Below are positions 47,582-57,900 of a stretch of 64,000 bases of DNA, one piece after another. Made by a program: the position numbers and the translations under genes. Origin of the DNA: an uncultured virus (IMG/VR IMGVR_UViG_3300030106_003254) (lineage: Duplodnaviria > Heunggongvirae > Uroviricota > Caudoviricetes). The notes below the pieces were generated by a model. That model worked only from the letters and a program-made list of their open reading frames with translations, had not been told where the DNA came from and ran no database searches. The number at the start of each line of letters is the position of its first letter. Position 1 is the first letter of the stretch. The DNA is taken from IMG/VR virus record IMGVR_UViG_3300030106_003254. The stretch is one strand, 5' to 3'.

Positions 47582-48913
47582 ATGGCAAGTGAGATTGAAT
47601 TAGCTGCTGAACAAGTTTTAGGAGCTGGGGCTCTCCCCAGAAATAATAGGATGTTTGATCCTATATCGTTACCATCTGGATTAGATTCAAGAGATTACCT
47701 TCGTATATCCCAGCAGTCCATGGCAGATGATAGTGCTCGTCGAAACATAGTCAGTTCTGCGATGCAAGACAGACTTAAACAGGAAAATGTTTTTAGACAG
47801 TTGGAAGCTTCTAAACAAGAACAGTCTGCTTTACAGGAGTTATACAGGTTAGACACTTTTGACCCAGAGTTTAACGAAAAAGCTGATATGTATACTGAGT
47901 TAGCTGCGTACTCTCCTAGAGTAGCGAACGCTTTACAAGCTAAACGGAATAGGTTTAACCAAGAAGCTGCGGCGTTGTCTGGTGTTTCAAGTGCTTTAGC
48001 TGTTAAAAGGGCAAAGGACGAAGAGATACGAGACTCTTTAGCTGTAGCTAGAGAACTTTTAAGAACAAGGGGTGCTAATAGCTCTATGTTCTTGAGATGG
48101 AAAACAGGTCTTGCTAGAGATGCTGGACTTAAAGAGCTAGAAGAAAAACAGTCGTTTCAAACAAGTAGAAGTGGTGCAGCTAAAGCTTTAGAAGATTATG
48201 GTAAAGGTTTAGCTACGTTACAAGAAAGCGTAAATTCTAAATTACTTAATATACCTAACTTACCAGAATCTTGGAGCGAGAGAAATATTATGGACATAGG
48301 TTTTCCAGAACAGTCTCCTGAAGAAGAAGTGACTATAAACAAAGATAATGTTGATTTGTATGATGTAGATCCGCAGCTTAGTAAAAAAATAAAAGGTCAA
48401 GATTTAACAAGTACAGGTGTTTATAGAAAAAGAATGTCAGACCCACAAGCTAATGTCATTAGCTCTTATGGGTTTAGTCCAGAGCAAGAAAACGAAGCAC
48501 TGCTGCTTATAAATCAGGGAGCTGATGTGGAGATGTTTAAAAATGCTGATGCGTTTAATTCTTATGTCATACCCCCGGGTCAAGACGAGCCTAAATCAGA
48601 AAATTTTAAAAAGTATTGGGAACAATCTAATAGAGCACAGCCCGCATCTTTAAGTGATGAGGGAGAAAGATATAAGAAAAACCGAGAAGCAACTTTATCA
48701 AACTTACACAGCCAACTTAAAGCAATAGATGAAGTTCCTTTACAGATTCAAAAGTTTTTTAATTCATCAAGTATTTCTAGAAAAGCTTTACAAGAATATT
48801 TTGCAGATAGAGCTAGACGTGCAGCAACTGCTGCCGAAACTGGTATAGATGTTTCGGGTGAAAGTTCGACGCAAGTAGACGACTACATAAATCAAAAAAT
48901 TAATAGTAGATAG
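47582..48913 (+). CDS. putative internal virion (ejection) protein
   Basis: 443-aa helical ORF before the giant protein. Confidence 0.55.
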   Translation: MASEIELAAEQVLGAGALPRNNRMFDPISLPSGLDSRDYLRISQQSMADDSARRNIVSSAMQDRLKQENVFRQLEASKQEQSALQELYRLDTFDPEFNEKADMYTELAAYSPRVANALQAKRNRFNQEAAALSGVSSALAVKRAKDEEIRDSLAVARELLRTRGANSSMFLRWKTGLARDAGLKELEEKQSFQTSRSGAAKALEDYGKGLATLQESVNSKLLNIPNLPESWSERNIMDIGFPEQSPEEEVTINKDNVDLYDVDPQLSKKIKGQDLTSTGVYRKRMSDPQANVISSYGFSPEQENEALLLINQGADVEMFKNADAFNSYVIPPGQDEPKSENFKKYWEQSNRAQPASLSDEGERYKKNREATLSNLHSQLKAIDEVPLQIQKFFNSSSISRKALQEYFADRARRAATAAETGIDVSGESSTQVDDYINQKINSR

Positions 48914-48915
48914 AT

Positions 48916-51900
48916 ATGGCTAATGTTCCTTTTTGGAAAGATATTGAATCCAATGAAAATTACATAAACGCCCCTGTCGAGGATAAATTAACTATATTAG
49001 ATGGATGGGAGAAGGATAGATATGCAGAAGGTGTTTTTACTTCTCCCGAATCTAAAATGCACTTCGAGGCGGCTGTTTTTGGGGTTAGGGAAAAGTTAAG
49101 TAATCCTGAAGGAACTGACGAAGAAATTTTACAAGGCATAACACGACGCAAACAATTTCAAACTTTTGATTATAGAAATAGGTTTGAAGAGACACGTAAA
49201 AGAGATGCGAGAATAAATGCCCAATCTCTTGGTAGGAGTACCTACCTCAACGAAGATATTGTTTTTAGTGACGCCGAAAATAATTGGATCAAAAATAATA
49301 ACGTTAATCAGAACTTAAGTAATGATTGGGTTATTAGAAGAGGTTTAAATGAAGATGACCCAGAAGACTATGAGGTTAACTATGCGTTAGCCCTTTTAGG
49401 TAAAGACGAGTTTTCTAACAGGATTAATGCTCAAGACAACTTAAGTCAGTCCGATAAAAATAGAATTATATCTAACTACAAAAACTACGAGATAGGGGCT
49501 TATGAAGATCTTTTTACTAGCATAAGTTCTAAACAAGTAGGTACTACTGGTAACACTTTTCAAGAAGACGAAGATGATGACGAGATCTTGGTGGAGAGCA
49601 ACCCAATGTTCCTGACAAAAGATCGTCTAAATAACTACAGAAAAAAAGCTTCCACGGAACCTGACGACATGGAAGCTGTAGTTGATAATATTGTATTGGC
49701 TTGGGGAGACAGAAGGGGTTTAAACAAAGAAGAGTTACTTAATCGAGATAACCCTCTAAGAGAAAACATTAAAAATTTTTACAAAGACAGCTTATTAGAA
49801 CACCGAGAAGTTTGGCAAGACGGTGAAGTAGCTAGACAAAACTCAGCAGGAGAGTGGGTTTTAAATAAGAAATGGACAGGTGATTTATCTTTAACAGAAG
49901 AACAAGTTAGGGAAAAAGTTGAGAAGTCTAGTTTAGATATACCTAAAGAAGTTCTTGAATCTTTTTTAATAGAGAAAGGTGTTAAGGATGATGTAGTAGC
50001 TCAAAACTTAATAGATCAAGTCTACATGACGTTTGAGGGAGAACCTTCGTGGTTTACTCCAGCGTTCGCCAAAGAACTATATACTTTCATAGAAGCTAAT
50101 AAAGACAAGGACTGGACAGCCAAAGACATTGTACGTGAGTATCAAAAGGAATTTAAAGGTGTAGGGTTTTTTGGGAAGTCTATTGATTTTGTCCAATCAG
50201 CAATGACGGGGGCTGCTTATATATTTGGTGATGCAGCCGCAGGTGGGATAGGAATGGCTAGAAACCTTATGGGTGATAAAGAGGGGGAAGAACTTTTAGC
50301 AGCTCGAAGACAGTTCCAGCAGTCTAAAGATGCTATGGATAAGTTGTCAGGTAATAAATGGGGTTCGATGCTTGGAGGTGAAGCTGCGTTGATTTTAGCT
50401 ACTTTGGGAGGCTCTTCAACGTTTAGAGCAGGGAGTGCATTATTTGATCAATCTAGGATTGTTAGGTTAGGTAATAACACTAAGAAACTTAAAGCCGTTA
50501 ACAAGAGGCTAGATGGCATTGCGAATAATTTGGAGAATGGAGACATCCTAAATGATATTGGTAAGCTTAAAAGGTTTACTAATCGAGTTGCAGGAGAGAC
50601 TTATGCAGGACTACAAGCCTCTCGTTCTATGACAGGTTTTTATTCTGACTCATACTTTACCCGTAAAGAAAACCTTATGTCTGAGGGTATGGACGAAGAT
50701 GAGGCAGGAGACTTAGCTAGCAGAACTTCTATAGGGCCTTCACTTCTAGCAGGTGCCGTTACTTGGGGTCTGATGAAACTTATACCGGGCGGTGCCGAGG
50801 ATGCTTTTACAAACTTTAGCACACTCACTACAAAACAACTAGCTGCTAAAATGAACATATCTCCCAAGAAGCTTGGTGAGTTATTAAAGAATGATAAGTT
50901 TAAAGATGCAGCAAAAGGATTTTTAAGAGAACAAGGACGTTTAAAAACTTTAACTTCAAGCGGAGCTGGCGGGTTTATTGTAGGGGGTGTAAAAGAGTCT
51001 GTAGAAGAAGGTTTAGATGAATTTTTCCAAGGCGTAAACGCCATGGTTACTTATAACCAAGAGTTAACTATGGACGACGTTTTGTCGGGAGCTTTTGAGG
51101 GGGCTATTGTCGGAGGTATTCTAGGTGCGAGTATTAGTGGTCCGATATCTTTAAGGAATAGAAATATCTCGCAATTTGATCCTGAGATACAAGCGCGTGT
51201 ACAGAGGTTAAATGACTTAGCGGTTCAGCTAGAAACTACCAACCCTGAAACAGCCCAAGCGTTAAATGAGAAGCAGGAAGAGCTAATTAATAACGCAGAG
51301 TCAACATTGGAGCCTGTTTCAGAAGAAGAGATAGCGTCTGAAGTAGAAGAGTTGCAAGAAGCTCAAGCTTCTGTTTTTAACGAAAGTTTAAATAAAGCAC
51401 AGGAAATAATCGCAGGTGATGGCACTAATACAGAAAAAGCTGAAGCTTTGAATAGCCTAGCTGCTGAGATATACCCAACTTTTCAAGATAACGTAGGTTT
51501 ATTTAAAACCTTTAGAGACAGGGTTAGTGCTAGTTCTGGGGGAGACATAAGAAATGCTGGTTTGTTTCCAGACGCAGATACTTTAGCTCTACAAGCTTTA
51601 ACTGAAAGTTTAAATCAAGATGGAGTTACTCCACAGGGAACTCCTACCAAACGTTTTATAATACCTAAAGCTAGGTCTATACTGAGTGCAGCCGACGATT
51701 CTAATGACCAAGTAGATACAAATTTGTTAGGGGCATTGGATGTAGCCTTGTCATTGCCTGAAGCTGAAATGTTTTTAAACCGAAGGGCGGGCGTTAAATC
51801 TAATAAGGATGGGGCAATCACAAAAAGACTAAACGGATTTTTAAATACATTCAACAGTACTTTAGATAGTTTTAATAATGCGGTCGAAGCAAGTCGTTTA

Positions 51901-54900
51901 GATCCTCAAAATGCAGAAAAACTTGATGCGATTACTAGAGCAGCTAATCAATTTAGAGAAGCTATAAAGTCTTTTTATAAGACTTCTAGGCAAAGTTATA
52001 ATAGAACCCTTAAGAAGACTTATAAAGAAGTCCCTTCAAGGAACACTATTATAACCTCTGCACAAGAAGGAGAAGCGGTTCCCATAGCTAATATTTTAAA
52101 CTACGTAGACACTAAAAATAAATTTTTAGACCTACCTACCTTTGAAAAATTAAATGTGACTTCAGCTATCCCCGGGGATGCTTTTACTTCTCTCAGCGCA
52201 GAAGATAATATTTTTATTAACGAGATAGAAAACTTAGAAGGTTTTTCTGAAGTAGATCGCTCTAATGAACAACAGCTAGAAGAGTTTATAGAACGAGCGG
52301 CCAATGAACTTGAAGTTACAGACCCTTCTGTTAAAGCTTACGCATTTAATAGACTTGTAGAGAGAGTAAGCACACGACCAACAACTCCTACGGAAACACC
52401 TGTAGAGCCCACAGATGAGGATCTTACAACTGATTCTTTCCGCAACTGGGTTATAAACACTAAGGGAATAGATGTAAACGAGGTAACTAACATGGATCAA
52501 GCTATTGCGTTGTGGGAAGAGTTTTCGTCAGAAGTCGCCCAAGACTTAGATCCATCTCAAGCAGGTAGGGATATAAGAAATGTCTTTGGTACGTTTGGTG
52601 TAGATCAAACACCCGCTCAAGAAGATATGGGTGAAGAGTCTACTGTAGAAGACCCAGAGTTAACTGAAGAAACACAACCACCTTCTGTTGAGCAAGATGT
52701 AATAGAAACATTGCTTGATGTAGATTCCGCGAAAGAAATAAAGGACTTAATAGATGAAGCTGCTGAGATAAGGCAGCCCGGAGATTTAGAAGCATTAAAA
52801 GATACTGTCAATTTTATTGGCGATTTTTTTAGTTCTATCGATGTTGGACAAACTTTAGGGTCTGTAACCAATACAAACGATCTTTTAGGACTTGAAGACG
52901 TAGCTACTTTAAAAGCTGAGGTAGATAGCGATCTAGAAGCTATACTTAAATATTATAATACCCTTACTAAAAGAAAATTAAATATCCCCAACCTTTTAGA
53001 CATAAGAACTGAAGAGCAGTTAGCAGATGTAGAGGATAAGTATATGGTATCTTTACAAGATGCTACTACGATAGGTAAAGAAAACGGGGCTGAAATACAC
53101 GCTAAGTTTATGTCAGGTCAGGGAGTGTATTTGACACCATCTTCTTTTGTCTATGCTACGGGAGAGAAAGCAAATCAAAGTCGCAGACGATTTGGTTCTA
53201 ATGAAAAAAACATGGCTCTAAAAAATAACAAGGCTTTACGAGAAAAATATCCAATTATAGAAGAGGTACCTGAAGGAACTGTAGTTAAAAAGATTTCTAT
53301 ACAAGGTTTGAGGGATAAATATTCAGGAAAGAATGTCAGTTACAAAGAACTTGTAGAGACCGATAGGTCGTCAGTAATCCTAGGTAAAAATCCTTTGTTG
53401 TATAAGTATTTTTTAGTTTTAGACGGCAATGGAGAGTTTGTGTTTACAAATAACCCTTACACAGTGGCCGCTTGGTTTTCGTACTCACCTAAAAAGGGTG
53501 AAAGGTCTGGCCCTATTGAGATACCTAAAGGGTTTGATATAGATCAACTAAACCCCGCTTTTATAAGAGATAAAAACAACACAGGAAATAAAATTATAGG
53601 AGTCAGAGTTAATTTCCCAAGTTTATCAAAGCCCAACGAATTAGCTGTAGTCGAGGCGGGAGGCACTTCGTTAGCAGATCTCCACGCTAAAAACGCTAAA
53701 AATGAAGGAGGTAAAAAAAGGAAAGGAACTACACAGCCTTACAACCAAGAGTTAGACAAACTGATAGAAGCTTTTGGGGCAACTCCTGACCCAGATCAAA
53801 AAATTACACTAACCCCGGAAGAGTATAAGTGGTTAGGTTTACCTGAAGATTCTAGGCAGAGTATGCTCATGGCTTTAGAGACTGCGTGGAATAGAAACAC
53901 TGAAAGTGCTAGGTTAAAAGGTTTGGAGCGTGTTGAGGTACAAGGTAAAAGAAAGTTTATGGCAAGAGCTTTGTTGTCTATCCTTAAAACTAGAATAGCA
54001 AAACAAGCTGGAGGAAACATTGGGGATGCAGAGAATTTAAGAGCTCTATGGACTCGTTTTGAGTTAAACTTTAATGAGTATAGCTACACAAAAGCGTTTA
54101 AAGATTTAGTAAATAAATACCCAAGTAAGGCACCTATACTAGGCGATTTAGGTATTGTAGGTCTTTTCTCTACAGAAAATACCGCTAAATCAGAATTAAA
54201 ATATATAGGAGACTACCAAACAGAAGGTTTAGAAGGTAATTGGGGTAATGTTGAAGAGTTAATATCCAGAACCGTCTCGAAAGAAGGTACAGGAACACGC
54301 GCTAAAAGACATACTACCCCTATAAATGAAGCCAGTATGTCAATGGTTTCTAAAGCTTTTGAAGATGTATCAAACACACCTTTTGATGGCCTTACTGATA
54401 AGACTCGTAGAAAGATTAAAGCTTCGGTACGTAAAGAGATCGAAGAGTTAGGTTTAGTTGATGGAGATCCTGAGTCACTTAGAGTAGCTTTAAACCGTAT
54501 CGTGATAGGGGCTCAAGAAGGTAAGTACCTTGAGAACTACGGAAACGTAGCTAAGATGCTTCTAGATAGTGGGCTAGACTTAAGTAATATAAACTTTAAG
54601 ATAGGTATCGAAGCCAAAGTAGCTGGATATTATAAACCTAATAAGACAGGTTCTGGAGGAGAGATCGCCATAAGTAACAATATCGATAATGGTAGAGGTG
54701 TTCACGATTTAGTTACACACGAAATATTACACAGTGTTTTAGATAACATCATATCAAACCCATCCCCGGAACAAGAGATAGCCATACTTGCTATAGATAC
54801 TCTTATTGATAAAGGTCGTATTTACTTTGAAGATTTCGTAGCTAACAGACGTGGAGGAGCGAGAAGGGCTTTTTGGCAAGCTGCTGCTGAATCAGCAGAC

Positions 54901-57900
54901 TTTGACATAGAAGTTATCAAAAGGTTGGTAGATGAAAGTAACTCTCCTATTAAAGAAGAACTCAATCTAGATAATGATACTCCTTCTGATTTAGACTACA
55001 GAAACATATACAGGAACATTCGTGTCGAAGAACTAAAAGGAGCAGCTTACTACGACGATGTTTCACAACTTAGACACGCTTTCGGTGTTAACCCTGATGG
55101 AACATTTAGAGACACTGTAAGTACTAGAAAAGAGTTTATAGCTCATTTTCTTACAGACCCTACAGTTACTTGGTTTTTAAGTGAGACAGATCGTTTAAGT
55201 TCATCAGGAACTTTATTAGATAAACTTATTAGGGGTGTCAACAGGGCTATAACTTTGAGTCCACCAGATGAGAGAGAATCTTTCCTCAGAATATTTTTAA
55301 GTAAAACTGATGGTAGTGAGAACTACATAGACTTAGCTACTATTAAAAACATAAGAGACATTACAGGTCTCAGCGAGCAAGACATCGAAGACGCTAGGAA
55401 CTACAGAGAGTCTGTAGCAGCTTTTACAGGAGAGCCTATTTCGTATTCTGAATCTCAGGAAGTTATTGATTACTGGGATTCTTTAAACACTAACTCTCCG
55501 GCAAGAACTGTAGCGGCAGCTTTCAACGTGTCTATAGTTCCTTCTGATAATGTGGGAACTCCCGAAGTATATGATTCAAACGTAGTTATGGTGCCTAAAG
55601 GGTACTACCCAGAAGTTGAACGAGATATACTATCTAAAGTAGTTGAAACCGCATATACACAGAGTTACGCAACTGGTAGACGTACTCAAGTCGCTGGAGG
55701 GTTTGTTCAAAGTTCTCCAGACTCAGCCGATACAATCTCCAATATGATGGAAACAGCAGGCTCTTTTGAGGGTTTGATGGGCGACTTAGTTGCAGATGCT
55801 TACTATGGAAAAGAAAGTTCCGAAGAATTAGGGTACGGATACCCTTTAAGTAGTTTAAGAAACCATATACTTGCAGGAAACTTTGGTCAGAGAGTTGCTA
55901 GTCAGCTAGATCAAATTATGGGGGCTATGGATAACATTATTCCGAATGCCCGAAAGTATGCTGATGACGCTTTTATAAATGGAAACAATTCTTTTCACCG
56001 CGTAACCGCAGCTACCGCCATAAGAAAATTTAATTTAAACGTTAGCCCAGACAGTTACATAGATTTATTCAAAACTGCTGTAGAGACTAGGACTTCATTT
56101 GAAGACCTATTAGATGAAAACTTTATTGTAGAAGAGGATAGGAATGATTTAGAAAAAATAAAAGAATATCACATAGAGCAGCTTAATAAGTACAGCGAAA
56201 GTTCTGACCCTGACACAGTAGCTGCCGCAGCATTAGAAAAAGATTTGTTAGGGTTAACTTCAAACACTTCTTTCTCCGAAGCACAGACAGCTTTTGAACC
56301 AGATGAAGATCAAAAACGACGGGGGAGTATTTTTAGTAGGCTGTTTAAAATACCTCAAGATCCTAAGAACAAGTTTGAAAAAGGAGACCCATTACCACTA
56401 GCTGCTGATTATTTGGGCGTTGTTTCAGCGGGAGCTACTTTGGATACTAAAGGTAAAGAAACTTTGGTAAGAAAATTTCTTGGTAGAAATAACTTAGTCA
56501 TTAAAAACTTAGATAGGTTTTTACAGGGTATGTCTGTTTCTGGTAGAGCAGGAGCAGTTTTTCAAAAACAAAGCCAAGAACTTAGAAATAATTTAAGTAA
56601 GCGTACTGTACAGGCTAGAAACTTCGACTTATCAATAAGAAGTTTAATTGCTAAAGGAACAGGCGATAAAGAGTTTAAACAGCTAGATAAGTTAGCAAGC
56701 GGATATAAAGATGTTTTCCTAGAGAGAACTTGGGGAGTAGACTCCGCTGGAGAACAGTTAGCCCAAGACATTAACACAACTCTTGGAACCACAGATGATG
56801 ACGCTATTGTAGACGAGTTTATTAGAGAGACTGATTACACAAACGACCCTAACTATGCTTTAAATCTAAGAGACGAGCGGAATAAAAAGATAAAAATTGC
56901 TTCAGGTATAAAAGCTCGGAAGAGCTTACAGGCAGACAAGATCGAAAAAGAAGATGGTAACCCTGACCGTGCCGATAAGATTCGATCAGAGGCTAGGGCA
57001 GAAATGAATAAACAAGTAGATGAGGCTAACGATGCTTATCATTCTTTGTGGGTAGACTTGTATAAAGCGGCTGCTGATCATTTTAGAGAAAAACAAGAAG
57101 TAGCTTTTAGACGTGTTAAGCAATTTGATGAATATATAAACCAAGACAAAGAATTAACTAAAGATAATTCTTTGTATGTAAACCTTCGTCAGTTAAGAGG
57201 AGTTGTAACTGATCTACAAAAAGATATAACTAAAGACTCTCTATTAGCAGATGTGTTAGGTAATAATCTACCTAGAAACTTGAGAGCTAAGTTAGGGGCA
57301 AGTGAAGATGTCTACTTAACTAAAACATACCAAGCTCTAGATAACTCAAGAGGTTATGGAGATTGGATTCAATCTGTCGATGAAGAAGCACAAGAAAGGT
57401 ACAGAGTAGGTTTTGATTATTTCGCAGATCAAATTGCTGAAGAACAAACTGATAAACTCAAACCAGAAGAAAACAATCTAAGTAGGGTTTTTGTTAAAAA
57501 CGCTTTGAGAAAGCAAGTAGACTCCCAAGAAGTTAAACTACGATTACAGAACTTCTTAGAGAGTTTCCAAAGATCTCCAAGGGGAACTACTTTAGGTCTA
57601 AGTAACCCTAAAGTTTTAGCCCCAAGAAAACCTATAGACGCTCCTTTAAGAAAGTTTGTAGGAGAATACGAAGATAATATTTATAATGCTTCTAGAACTT
57701 TAACGACTTTAAGTGCCTTAGTTGAAAACAATAGATTTTTAAATAACATAAAAACTTCTCTAGAGTCTGCACAAGCAAAAGCTAGAGAAGATGGTAACCG
57801 AGATGTAGTATTTATCACAGATAAAGCTGCCGTAGCCCAGAACAACGGGCTTGTTAAGTTTCATATAGCAGATCGTAAAGGTTTAGTTTCTAGAGAACAG

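Noticed and set aside
54895..54912. ADFDIE resembling the DFDID motif of crAss-like virion RNA polymerases
   Set aside because: Third Asp is missing, the context is helical and inside the zincin region, and no other polymerase motifs were seen
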